From assembly GCA_963821355.1 (NCBI GenBank), contig CAWGDO010000003.1, positions 10,981 through 74,980 on the forward strand: a DNA stretch of 64,000 nucleotides, in the 5' to 3' direction. This stretch comes from an uncultured Actinomycetes bacterium. Lineage in GTDB: Bacteria; Actinomycetota; Thermoleophilia; Solirubrobacterales; Solirubrobacteraceae. Below, in pieces: positions 30,743-41,550 of this stretch. Each line of letters starts with the position of its first letter. Position 1 is the first letter of the stretch. The position numbers were made by a program, and so were the translations under genes. The notes below the pieces were generated by a model. The model had not been told where the DNA came from. It was given only the letters and a program-made list of their open reading frames with translations, and did no database searches.

Positions 30743-30794
30743 CGGAAACCGCGGCTGCCGTCGCGGCTCCCTCGATCATGTGGTTTCCGGCCGG
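30743..30794. repeat. 9-bp perfect inverted repeat CCGGAAACC...GGTTTCCGG bounding a 52-bp segment at the ALDH truncation point
   Basis: Read directly from sequence. Further GC palindromes (CTGCGCGCG-a-GGCGCGCAG at ~30826) and a CGTAGTT direct repeat (30910-30935) lie just downstream. Confidence 0.3.
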
Positions 30795-31094
30795 CGGACG
30801 CCGACCGCCACGCGCGCTGCGCGCGAGGCGCGCAGCGCGCGCATGGTTAGGAGACGACCGTCCCACGGCCGGGCCGCGACGCCATCGGTGCGTTCTGCCG
30901 CAGCCCGACCGTAGTTGTCCGCGCGCTTCGTAGTTCCCATTGACGCAGGCCCCGCGGAGGCCGTCTGCGCCCTTCCTCCATTGGGGATCAGCCGTGCCGC
31001 ACTTGTGGATGTCCACGGATGCCCGCGCGTCGGTCGCGGCCTACGTTAGAAGCGCGCGCATTGCGCATGCTTCGACAAGCAGGAGGTGACGAGA

Positions 31095-31960
31095 ATGTCC
31101 ACCTGGGTGATCATCGCCGTGGTCGGCGTGCTGGCCGTTGTCGTGCTGTGCACGTCGGTGCGGATCCTCAAGCAGTACGAGCGCGGCGTGCAGTTCCGCC
31201 TCGGCCGCCTCAAGGACGGACCGCGCGGTCCGGGCCTCATCTTCATCATCCCCCTGGTCGACCACGTGCGGCGCGTGTCGCTGCGGATCGTGACGATGCC
31301 GATCCAGTCGCAGGGGATCATCACTCGCGACAACGTCAGCGTCGACATCGCCGCGGTCGCCTACTACCGCGTCAAGGACCCCGTGCGCTCGGTCGTCGCG
31401 ATCGAGGACGTGGCCGCCGCGATCGACCAGATCGCCCAGACGACGCTGCGCTCCGTCGTCGGCCAGCACACGCTCGACGAGGCGCTCGCCGAGACCGAGA
31501 CGATCAACCAGCACATCCGCGAGATCCTCGACGTCCAGACCGAGGACTGGGGCGTCGAGGTGACGCTGGTCGAGCTCAAGGACATCCAGCTGCCCGACAG
31601 CATGAAGCGCGCCATGGCCAAGCAGGCCGAGGCCGAGCGCGAGAAGCGGGCCAAGATCATCGCCGCCGAGGGCGAGGCGCTGGCCGCCGGCGAGCTGGCC
31701 GACGCGTCGGACATCATGATGGCCCACCCGCTGGCCCTGCAGCTGCGCAACCTGCAGACGCTGATCGAGATCTCGGTCGAGAAGAACTCGACGATCGTCT
31801 TCCCCGCGCCGCTCATGAGCACCATCCAGGAGCTGGGCGCCTTCCTTCGGCACGAGGGCGAGAGCGCGCAGCCGCTCCGCGGGCCCGCCGCCCGCGGGAT
31901 CGGTCGTCAACGGCGCGGGCGCTCCGCTTCCCGGCGTCGCCGCGAGCTGGGAGCCGGTCG
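31095..31960 (+). CDS. SPFH/Band-7 (stomatin/prohibitin) family protein
   Basis: AGGAGGT Shine-Dalgarno sequence, N-terminal TM helix and SPFH domain ([14 protein letters not shown]...). No in-frame stop precedes the next gene's signal peptide, so the 3' end is uncertain. Confidence 0.7.
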
Positions 31961-32595
31961 GATGACCTTGGTCCGCACCTGGCTGCTCGCCTCGGCGGTC
32001 GGCCTGGCCTTCGCCGCCTCTGCGGGCGCACAACGGGGCGTGTTCGAGACCCGCACCTTCGCGGAGCCGGCCAGGCCCGGCCTCGCGGTGACCGGCGCCC
32101 TCAGCGGCTATCGCGTGACGTCCGTCGGACGCGTGGTCGTCCCCACCGGCTGGCGCAGCCTTGCTGCACCGGCCGGCACGCTTCGCTTCCTGACCGGTCG
32201 GCAACCCGAGCTGCCGCTACACCGTGACCTACACCGTCAAGTCGGTGCTGGCGCCGACCCAGGATGCCTCGTCGTACGTCACGGCGGGCCTGCCGGCGCC
32301 CAGCGCGCGGCACCTGCTCGACAGCGGCGTGCACGGCAACCGCGCCTTTCGCGTCGTGCGCCAGCCCGGGATCGGCGGGCGGGTCCGCCTCGACGCGCTG
32401 TGGGCCGGTGTGCTGACCAAGCGCACGGACATCGCGCCGGCTGGGCAGGTGGCGTGGACCGAGATCCGCGTGACGGCGGTGTCCCGCGCGGGCGACGAAT
32501 GCCACTCGGGCACCTGGCGGCAGGCGCTCGGGCCGACCATCGGCGACTCGCTCGCCGTCGCCCGCACGAGCCTCCGTTTCACGAGGTCGGCCTGA
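31961..32595 (+). CDS. Secreted hypothetical protein (signal peptide); apparent +1 frameshift near 32217
   Basis: [24 protein letters not shown] signal peptide. The body continues in the next frame (..RQPELP|[16 protein letters not shown]..). Same reading frame as stomatin upstream. Confidence 0.4.
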
Positions 32596-32985
32596 GCGAC
32601 GCGCGGCGGCTCACGAGCTGCGGAGAACCACGCGGTGCCCTTTCGGTGGGTCCGCGCGATCAATCGGGTCTTACTGGGTGGCGAGGACGCCGGCGGCGAC
32701 GTGACCACTGGGCCTGGCGAGTGGCACCGCCCGGTGGCGGCCACCTACGCGGCCCATCCTTCGCTCACGGTCGCGGCCCTGTCTTCGATCAGGCGGGTCC
32801 GACTCCCGCACTCGCCACTCAGCTGCGACCACGTCGAGGCCTTCGCGCCGCCGTCCGTGGTCCAGGCCCGCCGCCAACGACGGATTGCGGCTCTTCCGCA
32901 GGCTGAAGGCGCGGTCGACCCGGATGGCGGCCCGTCGTGCGATGCCTAGGCTCGGATCATGTACTCCGAGTCCGAGGTCGCCGAC

Positions 32986-33891
32986 ATGTTCACCACCATC
33001 GTCGTCGGAGTCGACGGGCTCCCGGGAGGTCGCGACGCGCTCGTGCTGGCGCAGCACATCGCGGACCTCGCCGGTGGAGACCTCGTCGCCGTCCACGTGC
33101 ATCCCTACGAGCCGTTCCCGCTGCGCGGCCTGCGCACGGACGTCGAAGCGCTGGCGCACGAGGAGGCGCAGGCGCTGCTCGAAGGCCAGCTCGCCGAGGC
33201 CGGCGTGCCGGCCCGGGCGATCGCGACCCCCGAGACGTCCCCGGGCCGGGGCCTGCACCGGATCGCCGACGGGCTCGATGCCGATCTAATCGTCATTGGC
33301 TCGCCGCATCGCGGCCCGCTCGGCCGCGTCATCGCCGGCGACACCGCGCGCGCCGTCATCCAGGGCGCCACGCGGCCTGTCCTCGTGGCGCGCCAGAGCG
33401 CGGCGACGCCGTTCGCCGGCCAGGTCATCGGCGTCGGCTACGACGGCTCGCCCGAGAGCCGCGTCGCGCTGGCCTGGGCGGGACGCTTCGCGCTCGCCGT
33501 CGGCGCCACCGTCCACGTCCTCTGCGCGGCCGAGCCCCCGCAGGGGTTCTCGCCCAGCATCTCCTACGGCATCAACTGGGTGGCTCTCGCTCCCGAGCGT
33601 CGCGAGTACGCCGAGACGATCGTCGCCGAGGCCGTGGCCGAGCTCGGCAACGGCGCCACCGGCGAGGCGGTCGTCGGCGTGGCACGCGAGGAGCTCGTCA
33701 GGCTCTCCGAGCGCGTGGACCTCCTGGTCCTCGGCTCGCGCGGCTACGGTCCCGTTCGCCGCGCCCTGCTCGGCGGCTCCGCGGACCGGGTCGTCCACGA
33801 AGCGGCCTGCCCGGTGATCGTCGTCCCGCGCGGCGCCTGCGAGGACCATGCGGCCGAGCACAGAGCGGCGGACGAGGTCACGGCCGGTTGA
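32986..33891 (+). CDS. Universal stress protein, tandem UspA domains
   Basis: MFTTIVVGVDGLPGGRDAL...GSRGYGPVRRALLGGSADRVVHEAACPVIVV. Confidence 0.8.
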   Translation: MFTTIVVGVDGLPGGRDALVLAQHIADLAGGDLVAVHVHPYEPFPLRGLRTDVEALAHEEAQALLEGQLAEAGVPARAIATPETSPGRGLHRIADGLDADLIVIGSPHRGPLGRVIAGDTARAVIQGATRPVLVARQSAATPFAGQVIGVGYDGSPESRVALAWAGRFALAVGATVHVLCAAEPPQGFSPSISYGINWVALAPERREYAETIVAEAVAELGNGATGEAVVGVAREELVRLSERVDLLVLGSRGYGPVRRALLGGSADRVVHEAACPVIVVPRGACEDHAAEHRAADEVTAG

Positions 33892-34371
33892 TCGCCGCCC
33901 CCTCGGTGTCCTCGCCGCCGTCACGACCCGTGCGGGCGGCACGCGGGACGACGATCACCGGGCACGCGGCTGCGCGGCAGATGCTCTCCCGTGCTCCCGG
34001 GCACAATCCGCCGCAGGCGGCCGGTGTGGCTCGAGCCCACGACGATGGCCGCCGCGCCCGCGTCGGCCGCGGCCCGCGCCAGCGCATGCGCCGGGTCACG
34101 ATCGGCGGCCGCGAGCGCGCGGGACCCGGCTCGCCAACCAGCCGCGCCAGCGTCGCCTCTGCTGCGCACGGAGGGCGCGCACGTAGCTTGCGCCGCCGTC
34201 GCCGCTCATGAGCGCGTCGGCCGGGTAGGCGCAGACGAGCAGCAGCCCGCCCGAGCGCCCGGCGATCCGACGCGCGAGAGCGAGCGCATCCAGCGAGCGC
34301 TCGGACTCCTCGACCCCGGCGACGATCGTTCGCATCTCCGTGCAGCCGTGGCGGCGCCCCGTAGTTGCCAC
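33885..34371 (-). pseudogene. USP paralogue remnant, split over three frames
   Basis: MRTIVAGVEESERSLDALALARRIAG.. / ..IVVGSSHTGRLRRIVPGSTGEHL.. / ..CPVIVVPR lie in three frames. Together they form one Usp domain paralogous to the USP at 52022-52888. Confidence 0.5.
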
Positions 34372-34481
34372 GGACGGCGGGGCGCGAGCCCGAATCTAGG
34401 GTCTGCGCATGCTCACTCCGAAGGTTACGTGCCTCACCACACTGCCCACCGCTTACGGGTCGCGGTTGCAGTCCGGGGCCG

Positions 34482-34970
34482 TCAGCGCCGCGAAGCGCTG
34501 AGCTCGGAGGCGAGCTCGGCGACGGCCCGCTCGACGGCGGGGCTCAGGCGCTCGCCGGCCCTGAAGCTCGCGCCCTCGACCGCATAAACGTCGAGCTGAT
34601 CCGGGAGGCGCCCCAGCGCCCGCGCCAGCTCGATGGCGTCCGAGACTCCGAACGCGTGCGTCGACGAGCGCAGGGCGCGCACCGGCAAGGCGTCGGCCCC
34701 GGCGTCGAAACGCCGGATGGTGCCCGGCGCCGCCCCCGACTCGGCGGCGTCGACGACGACGACGTGCTCGGCCCCGGACCACGCGTCCATCAGCGCCGTG
34801 GCATCTCCCTCGACCTCGCGCACGTCGACCCCGGTGGGCGCCAGCGCGCGCACGCGCCGCGCGACGGCGAGGCCGGCGGCGTCGTCGCCGCGCCAGCCAT
34901 TGCCGACGCCGATGAGGATCACTCGCGGTCGATCTCCAGGCGCAGGAAGTGCGTCGCGCACGAGATGCAC
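34482..34970 (-). CDS. Hydrogenase maturation endopeptidase (HycI/HoxW family)
   Basis: [18 protein letters not shown] and HxFG motifs of the hydrogenase C-terminal-processing protease. Start uncertain because it overlaps the large-subunit 3' end. Confidence 0.65.
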   Translation of the reverse strand: MHLVRDALPAPGDRPRVILIGVGNGWRGDDAAGLAVARRVRALAPTGVDVREVEGDATALMDAWSGAEHVVVVDAAESGAAPGTIRRFDAGADALPVRALRSSTHAFGVSDAIELARALGRLPDQLDVYAVEGASFRAGERLSPAVERAVAELASELSASRR

Positions 34971-36208
34971 GGGTCGTAGCTACGCACCGCCTGCTCGCAG
35001 CGCAGGCGCAGCTCGTCGTCGTCGAGATCGACGTGGCGCTGGACGAACCCGTGCAGGCTCTGCTCGATGCGGCCCTGGTTCTGCGAGGTCGGCGGGACGA
35101 TGCGGGCATCGACGATGGTGCCCTCGGCGTCGATCTCGTAGCGATGCCACAGCATCCCGCGCGGCGCCTCGGTCCAGCCGAACCCGACGCCAGCGCGCGG
35201 CACGACCTCGGCGGCCGGCGGATCGGGGGGCTCGTAAGCATCGAGCAGGCGCAGCGCCTCGTCGAGCGCGTAGAGGATCTCCACCGCGCGGACGACGATG
35301 CTGCGGAACGGGTTGCGGCACACGGCCTCCAGCCCTGCCGCGTCGGCCGCCTCGCGCGCACCGGGTGACAGGCGGTCGCGGTTCAGGGCGTAGCGCGCGA
35401 GCGGGCCGACGAGATAGCGCGTGCCGTCGAGCAGGCGCGAGTGCAGCGCCGTGGAGTGCGGCACCTGCTCTTCGACGACGTACTCGTCGTAGTCCGCGGG
35501 CGCGAGGTCCAGGCCCGTGCTGGACACCAGCCGGCCGGACTCGATGGCGTAGACGTCGGGGTCGCGCAGCGCGAGGAAGACGAAGTCCTCCTCGAAGTCC
35601 GGGAACGGCAGCCCGGCCGTCCACGCCACCGCCTCGCGCGCGAACTCGCGCGCGCGCTCGAGCTGCTCAACGACCGGCGCCAGCTCGGCACGCGTCGGCG
35701 CGCGGTAGAAGCCCCCGACGCGGACGTTGATCGGGTGGATCTCGCGCCCCCCGATCACGCGCATGAGCGCGTTGCCGGCTTTCTTGAGCGCCAGCGCCGA
35801 TTCCACGATCCCGGGGTGGTCGCCGGCCATCTCGAAGGCGTGCGAGTAGCCGAGGAAATCCGGCGCGTGCAGCATGAAGACATGCAGCGCGTGGCTCTCG
35901 ACCCACTCGCCGCAGTAGAGCATCCGACGCAGGGCGCCGACCTGCTCGGGGACCTCGACGCCGCAGACGTCCTCCATCGCCGCGATCGAGCTCATCTGGT
36001 AGGCGACCGGGCAGATGCCGCAGATGCGGGCGGTGATGTCGGGGACCTCGTTGAAGCGCCTCCCGCGCAGGAACGCCTCGAAGAAGCGCGGCGGCTCGTA
36101 GATGCGCAGCTTGACGTCCTGCACCTGGCCGTCGCGCACGCGGACCTCCATGGCGCCCTCGCCTTCCACGCGGGCGAGCACCTCGGTGAGGATCTCGCGC
36201 TCAGCCAC
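34919..36208 (-). CDS. hydA: [NiFe]-hydrogenase large subunit, group-3b (sulfhydrogenase alpha)-like
   Basis: N-terminal [10 protein letters not shown] and C-terminal DPCISCATH Ni-Fe ligand motifs. GTG start whose junction with the delta stop reads GTGGCTGA. Confidence 0.85.
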   Translation of the reverse strand: MAEREILTEVLARVEGEGAMEVRVRDGQVQDVKLRIYEPPRFFEAFLRGRRFNEVPDITARICGICPVAYQMSSIAAMEDVCGVEVPEQVGALRRMLYCGEWVESHALHVFMLHAPDFLGYSHAFEMAGDHPGIVESALALKKAGNALMRVIGGREIHPINVRVGGFYRAPTRAELAPVVEQLERAREFAREAVAWTAGLPFPDFEEDFVFLALRDPDVYAIESGRLVSSTGLDLAPADYDEYVVEEQVPHSTALHSRLLDGTRYLVGPLARYALNRDRLSPGAREAADAAGLEAVCRNPFRSIVVRAVEILYALDEALRLLDAYEPPDPPAAEVVPRAGVGFGWTEAPRGMLWHRYEIDAEGTIVDARIVPPTSQNQGRIEQSLHGFVQRHVDLDDDELRLRCEQAVRSYDPCISCATHFLRLEIDRE

Positions 36209-36974
36209 GGCGCGCCTCGCTCTCCGCGCGGAACTGCGGCGCGCCCGCGTAGAACGTGCGGTAGAGCCGCACGACGTCACGCTCGGGCAGACCGTGCCTG
36301 GTGAGCCAGCTGCCGAGCGAGCCCGGGTTCGGCTGCTCCATCGGCCCGAAGCACCCGTAGCAGCCTCGGTGGTAGCTGGGGCACAGCGCGCCGCAGCCGG
36401 CGTGCGTGACCGGGCCCATGCACGCCGTCCCGTGGGCGACCATCACGCAGACATTGCCGCGGCGTTTGCATTCCACGCACACGCTGTACGCGCCGATCTG
36501 CGGCTTGCGCTCGTTGAGGTAGGCGCTGATCACCTCGAGCAGCTGGCCCTTGTCGGGCGGGCAGCCGTTGAGCTCGAAGTCGACCGCGACGTGTTCGGAC
36601 GCCGGAGTGGAGTACGCGAGCGTCGAGATGTACTGCGGGCTCGCGTAGACGACCGAGACGAAGTCCTCCACGTCGGCGAAGTTGCGCAGCGCCTGGATGC
36701 CGCCCGCGGTGGCGCACGCGCCGATGCAGACCAGGCGACGGGAGCGCGCGCGGATCTCGCGGATGCGCTCGGCCTCCTCGGAGGTCGTGATCGAGCCCTC
36801 GACGATCGACAGGTCGTACTCGCCCTCGGCGCGCTCGAGCCCGGCCTCGGTGAAGTAGGCGATGTCGATCTCGCCCGCAAGGGCGATGAGCTCGTCCTCG
36901 CAATCCAGCAGCGAAAGCTGGCAGCCGTCGCACGAGGAGAACTTCCAGACTGCGAGGCTGCGTCGCTCGCTCAT
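36201..36974 (-). CDS. hydD: [NiFe]-hydrogenase small subunit (group-3b delta)
   Basis: [23 protein letters not shown] proximal-cluster cysteines and a NuoB-like fold. ATGA overlap with the gamma stop. Confidence 0.8.
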   Translation of the reverse strand: MSERRSLAVWKFSSCDGCQLSLLDCEDELIALAGEIDIAYFTEAGLERAEGEYDLSIVEGSITTSEEAERIREIRARSRRLVCIGACATAGGIQALRNFADVEDFVSVVYASPQYISTLAYSTPASEHVAVDFELNGCPPDKGQLLEVISAYLNERKPQIGAYSVCVECKRRGNVCVMVAHGTACMGPVTHAGCGALCPSYHRGCYGCFGPMEQPNPGSLGSWLTRHGLPERDVVRLYRTFYAGAPQFRAESEARRG

Positions 36975-37789
36975 AGCTCGGGCACCCGCATGAGCGGCTC
37001 GACGATGTCGCGTCGCAGGACCGGCCCGTCCTTGCACATGAAGAGCGGACCGAGCTGGCAATGCCCACAGTGTCCCGTGGCACAGGTCATGCTGCGCTCG
37101 AGCGAGAGCCAGATGCGGTCGTCGGTCAAGCCCGCGTCCTGCAGCGCAACAGCCGCGAAGCGCATCATCACCTCGGGGCCGCACATCATCGCCACTGCGC
37201 TGCCCGGGTCAAAGACGGCGCGCGGGATGAGCCGCGTGACGACGCCAACGCGCCCGCGCCAGTCGCTGTCGGCGACGTCGACGGTCACGTCGACATCGGC
37301 GTCGAACCGCGCCCGCCAGCCTTCGAGCTCCTCCACGTAGAGCAGCTCGGCCGGGGAGCGCCCGCCGTACAGAATCGACACGTCCCCGAAGCGCTCGCGG
37401 TTGGCAAGAAGCTCATGGATGACCGGGCGCAGCGGTGCGAGGCCGATGCCGCCGGCGACCACGACGACATCACGGCCCTCGGCCTCGCGCACGGGCCACG
37501 CCGTCCCGAACGGGCCGCGAACGCCGAGCACCTCGCCCGGCTTTGCGGCGCAGATCGCCTCGGTCACCGCGCCGACGGCGCGCACCGTGTGCACGACCGC
37601 GCCGTCGCCGCCGATGCTGCTGATCGAGATCGGCGCCTCGCCCACGCCGAACGCGTAGAGCATCGCGAACTGCCCAGGAGAGAACGGCTTGCCGGGCGGC
37701 GCGCCCGCGGGCTCGAGGCGCAGCGTCCAGGTGTCCCCGGTCTCGCGCTGCTTGTCAGCAACACGGTAGGCCGTGGGCAGCTCAGCCAC
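36971..37789 (-). CDS. hydG: Hydrogenase gamma subunit (FAD/NAD(P)-binding, 2Fe-2S, oxidoreductase)
   Basis: FNR-like fold ([14 protein letters not shown]) and a C-terminal [12 protein letters not shown]...C iron-sulfur motif. GTG start overlapping the upstream stop as GTGGCTGA. Confidence 0.8.
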   Translation of the reverse strand: MAELPTAYRVADKQRETGDTWTLRLEPAGAPPGKPFSPGQFAMLYAFGVGEAPISISSIGGDGAVVHTVRAVGAVTEAICAAKPGEVLGVRGPFGTAWPVREAEGRDVVVVAGGIGLAPLRPVIHELLANRERFGDVSILYGGRSPAELLYVEELEGWRARFDADVDVTVDVADSDWRGRVGVVTRLIPRAVFDPGSAVAMMCGPEVMMRFAAVALQDAGLTDDRIWLSLERSMTCATGHCGHCQLGPLFMCKDGPVLRRDIVEPLMRVPEL

Positions 37790-38249
37790 CGCCCGCCCTT
37801 CCGTACATGTCGAGGAGCCGCAGCCGGGTGTCCTGGAGACGCTCGACGAAGACGCCCGACAGCAGCTTGAGCATGTCGTAACCCAGGGCCGGGTCGGCCT
37901 CGCACTTGCCGCGCAGGCACGCACCGTCGAGCGAGATGGCGTAGGTCGTCCCCACGGAGCGCGCGTCGAAGGCCGTGCGGTACGGCGGCACGAGCCACGA
38001 CCAGCCGAGTAGCTCGCCGTCGTGCAGCGTCTGCAGCACCACCGCTCCGCGCCCCGGGACCTCGGTCTCCAGCGCGACCGCGCCCTCGCGGATGACGTAG
38101 AACGCGTTGGCCGGCTCGCCCTCGCGCATGATCCGCTCGCCGGGCTGGAAGATGCAGTTGCGTGCACAGCCCGCGACCGTGTCGCGGTGGTCGGGCGCCA
38201 GCGCTTGCAGCGCCGGGACCTCGCTCAGCAGCTCCTCAATCGTCCGCAT
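37782..38249 (-). CDS. Stand-alone cyclic-nucleotide-binding (CAP effector) domain protein embedded in the hydrogenase operon
   Basis: 155 aa. ...[28 protein letters not shown]...[12 protein letters not shown]...RTAFDARSV... is the cNMP-binding beta-roll pattern. No HTH or other output domain. Overlaps hydB 3' and hydG 5'. Confidence 0.75.
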   Translation of the reverse strand: MRTIEELLSEVPALQALAPDHRDTVAGCARNCIFQPGERIMREGEPANAFYVIREGAVALETEVPGRGAVVLQTLHDGELLGWSWLVPPYRTAFDARSVGTTYAISLDGACLRGKCEADPALGYDMLKLLSGVFVERLQDTRLRLLDMYGRAGGG

Positions 38250-39375
38250 GGCCGCCCTCCCGCAGATCGGTGGCGCGGATGGCCGCGGTCTCCTCGGTGA
38301 TGTCGATCGCGACCGGGCACCAGGTGATGCAGCGGCCGCAGCCCACGCACCCCGAGGTGCCGAACTGGTCGATCCAGGTCGACAGCTTGTGGGTCATCCA
38401 CTGCCGGTAGCGCGAGCGCCCGGTTCGGCGCACGCTGCCGCCGTGCACGTAGGAGTGCTCGAGCGTGAAGCACGAGTCCCAGAGGCGTGCGTGCTCGGTC
38501 TCGCCGCCCGCGAGGTCGGTGGTGTCCTCGACCGTGCTGCAGAAGCAGGTCGGGCACACCATCGTGCAGTTGCCGCAGCTCAGGCAGCGGTCGGCGACCT
38601 CGTCCCAGCGCGGGTGGTCCAGGTTGCCCTGCAGCAGGTCGCGGATGTCGGTGACGTCGAGCGTCCGGCCCATCGAGGCCGCGGCCCGCGCGGCCGCCTC
38701 GTCGGGTGCGCGCTCCTCGTCGCCCTCCGCCGCGCGATGCTCAATCGCGGCGAGGACTTCGGCGCCGCGCTCGCTCCCGACCTCCACGACGAAGCGGTGC
38801 CCGTCGTCGTCGAGGAGCTCGGTCAGCGCCAGGTCGAAGCCGCCGGTCACGCGCGGCCCGGTGTCCATCGAGACGCAGAAGCAGGTCCCGCCGGCGCGCC
38901 CGCAGTTGACGGCTACGAAGAACGCGTCGCGCCGACGCGCCTCGTAGTCGGGGTCGGCGTAGCGGTCGCCGATGAAGACGCGGTCCTGGATCGTGACGGC
39001 GTGCAGGTCGCACGAGCGCACGCCGAGGAAGGCGTAGCGCGGCGGCGGCTCGGGAGCCTGCACGTCGAGCCCTCCGTCGAGCCCGCGCCGCGCGCGCCAG
39101 ATGCTGAGCTGGGGGGGGAAGAGGAAGCGCTTGAGCGAGTCGTGGCCGACGGTATGCGCGAAGAGCGCTCCGTCGCCGGTGCGCTGAAGGCGGAAGCTGC
39201 CGCCCTCCTGGACGTCGACCCAGCCGCCGGGAAGCTCGTCGGCGCTGTGCACCTCGTCGTAGACCAGCGACTGCGAGCGGACCGTCGGTCCGATGACCGT
39301 GTAGCCGCGCTGCCAGAGCGCGTCCAGCAGGCCGTCGAGCTCAGCTCGCTCGATGATCGCGGGGGCGGCGTTCAT
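38236..39375 (-). CDS. hydB: Hydrogenase beta subunit (4Fe-4S, HydB/sulfhydrogenase beta-like)
   Basis: Cys clusters [16 protein letters not shown] and [15 protein letters not shown] start at 39375. Confidence 0.8.
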   Translation of the reverse strand: MNAAPAIIERAELDGLLDALWQRGYTVIGPTVRSQSLVYDEVHSADELPGGWVDVQEGGSFRLQRTGDGALFAHTVGHDSLKRFLFPPQLSIWRARRGLDGGLDVQAPEPPPRYAFLGVRSCDLHAVTIQDRVFIGDRYADPDYEARRRDAFFVAVNCGRAGGTCFCVSMDTGPRVTGGFDLALTELLDDDGHRFVVEVGSERGAEVLAAIEHRAAEGDEERAPDEAAARAAASMGRTLDVTDIRDLLQGNLDHPRWDEVADRCLSCGNCTMVCPTCFCSTVEDTTDLAGGETEHARLWDSCFTLEHSYVHGGSVRRTGRSRYRQWMTHKLSTWIDQFGTSGCVGCGRCITWCPVAIDITEETAAIRATDLREGGHADD

Positions 39376-39487
39376 CGGAGTGCGTACGCTACACCCGCCG
39401 CGCTGCACGGTGGTCCGTGTTTTTCCGTGCCCCCTCGTGGTCCACCCCCGATGGCGATCGGCGCCGACGGCATTAGCTTGCCGTGCC

Positions 39488-40435
39488 ATGGCCGATTCGA
39501 TCGATCCCCCGCTCTTCGAGCGCATCGTCGTCGGCGTCGACGGCGAACGGGGAGGCCGCGACGCGCTCGCCCTCGCAGCGCTGCTACAGCGCGCGGGCGG
39601 CGGAGAGCTCATCGCCGTCCACGTCCACGCTCCCGCGCACACCGTCGACCTGTCGCACCCTGGGCGCGCGGAGGCGGCGCTCGCCGCGGAGCAGTTCGAG
39701 CTGCTCGAGCGCGAGCTCGCCGCGGCGGGCCTGCAGGCGCACGCCACCGTCATGACCGAGAACTCGCCGGCGCGCGCGCTGCACACGGCCGCCGAGCGCC
39801 ACGCCGCGCAGCTCATCGTCGTCGGGGCCTGCCACCTCACCGGTGCCGAGCGCGTCGTGGCCGGCGACGACGCGACGGGGACCCTGCACGGCGCACCATG
39901 CGCCGTCGCGGTCGCCCCGCGTGGCTTCGCCTGCTCCGGCGGCGAGCTGCGGCTCGTCGGCGTCGGCGTCGACGACTCGCCCGAGGCAAGCGCGGCCCTC
40001 GAGCTCGCGCGCCGCCTCGCCCGGCGAGTCGGCGCCGTCATCCGTGCGACGACCGTCGTCCACCTGGAGCACCCGTTCGGGTCGTTCACTGCGTGGGAGC
40101 CGGCGTGGCCGGTCGACGTGCCCGACGCGCGGGACACGGGCCAGCGGCTCCTCGACCGCCTTCTGGCCGATCCCGAGCACAACGCGACCGGCGAAGTCGC
40201 GGTCGGCACGACGTGGGAGCAGCTCGCCTCGCGCAGTGGCGACCTCGACCTCCTCGTCCTCGGCGCGCGCAACCACAGCCCGCTGCGACGCCTCGTGCTG
40301 GGCAGCACCTCGACGAAGCTCGTGCGCCACATCCCCTGTCCGCTGCTCGTGCTCCCGCGAACCGCCGACGCCCGCCGCGACCAGGCCGCGACCGGCGCGA
40401 TCGCCGCTCGCGAGGCGCACGTCGCGCGACGGTGA
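39488..40435 (+). CDS. Universal stress protein, tandem UspA domains
   Basis: MADSIDPPLFERIVVGVDGERGGRDAL...GARNHSPLRRLVLGSTSTKLVRHIPCPLLVL. Confidence 0.8.
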   Translation: MADSIDPPLFERIVVGVDGERGGRDALALAALLQRAGGGELIAVHVHAPAHTVDLSHPGRAEAALAAEQFELLERELAAAGLQAHATVMTENSPARALHTAAERHAAQLIVVGACHLTGAERVVAGDDATGTLHGAPCAVAVAPRGFACSGGELRLVGVGVDDSPEASAALELARRLARRVGAVIRATTVVHLEHPFGSFTAWEPAWPVDVPDARDTGQRLLDRLLADPEHNATGEVAVGTTWEQLASRSGDLDLLVLGARNHSPLRRLVLGSTSTKLVRHIPCPLLVLPRTADARRDQAATGAIAAREAHVARR

Positions 40436-40650
40436 GCAAGCAGACCGCTGCCGCGCAACCCGACCGGCACGCGCAACCACCGGACGAGGTGCTCGAGCAC
40501 GGTCTTCGTGGCGCTTGCGTTCATGCACGACGTCTTCGGCTCTGCGCGCCTCGACGTCCAGGCGCTCGCCACCGCGGCGGCGGGGCGCTCGGCGTTCTGC
40601 CGGTCACCGCCCTCGAAGAGCGCTGGCGCCGCTGGCGGCTGGCACCACGC

Positions 40651-41550
40651 TCACCCTGACGAGGCGATGAGCGCCTCGAGCGGCGCCTGCACACCGCGCG
40701 GCAAGACGATGACCGGGCAGTGCGCCTCCGCCACCACCCGCCGCGAGACGCCGCCCAGCAGGACGGCGCGCACGGGCCCATAGCCGCGCGACCCGCACAC
40801 CAGCAGATCGAGATTCTCCGAAACCCTGATGAGCGACTGCGCCGGATCCTCCAGGAACGCGTCGACCTGCACGGGCACGTCGTCCTCGAGCGCACCGACC
40901 GCGGTGCGCGCCGCGGCCTCGGCCCGCACTCGATGCTCGCCCTCAACCGCGTCGAAGCCCTTGTGCTGCTCGGTCTCGGCGTACCAGCCCGTGCGGACCT
41001 TGGCCACGGTGAGCACCCGCAGCGTCGCTTCAGCGCGGCGCGCCAGCGCGAACGCACCGCGGAGCGCCTCGCGCCCTTCCTCGCTGTCGACGTAGGCAAC
41101 GCCGATCGTGCGCAGTCCCCCGCCGGCCTGCCAGCCGTGCGGCACAACCGCGATGGGACACGGCGCGCCATGCATCAACCGCTCGGCGGTGGAGCCGGGC
41201 AGCACGCGGCCGACGGCACCACGGTGCGTCGAGCCGACGACGAGCAGCCCGGCATCCTCGGCCTCCGCTGCCTCGTGCAGAGCGCGGGCGGCGCTCGTGC
41301 TGGCCAGGTCGCGGCACTGCGCCGCGATGCCCTGTGCGTGCAACTCGCCGCGGACCTCGTCGAGCGTCTCGCCGACGTCCGCGACGAGCTCCTCAGCCAT
41401 CTGCCCGGCGATGAGCTCGTCATCGCCGGCGTCGTGGACCGAAGCGATGACGAGCTCGGCACCCGTGAAGCGGGCCGCCGCGACGCCGAAGTGGACCGGA
41501 GCGCGGTCGTGGGTGTGCGGGTCGTAGCCGATGAGGATGGGCTTGCTCAT
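40651..41550 (-). CDS. Universal stress protein, tandem UspA domains
   Basis: MSKPILIGYDPHTHDRAPV...GSRGYGPVRAVLLGGVSRRVVAEAHCPVIVL. Start overlaps the ACP stop (TGATG). Confidence 0.8.
   Translation of the reverse strand: MSKPILIGYDPHTHDRAPVHFGVAAARFTGAELVIASVHDAGDDELIAGQMAEELVADVGETLDEVRGELHAQGIAAQCRDLASTSAARALHEAAEAEDAGLLVVGSTHRGAVGRVLPGSTAERLMHGAPCPIAVVPHGWQAGGGLRTIGVAYVDSEEGREALRGAFALARRAEATLRVLTVAKVRTGWYAETEQHKGFDAVEGEHRVRAEAAARTAVGALEDDVPVQVDAFLEDPAQSLIRVSENLDLLVCGSRGYGPVRAVLLGGVSRRVVAEAHCPVIVLPRGVQAPLEALIASSG

Noticed and set aside
32671-33258. 195-aa minus-strand ORF upstream of and inside the USP gene at 32986
   Set aside because: It overlaps the USP gene antisense and the USP promoter region. 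It has no motifs.
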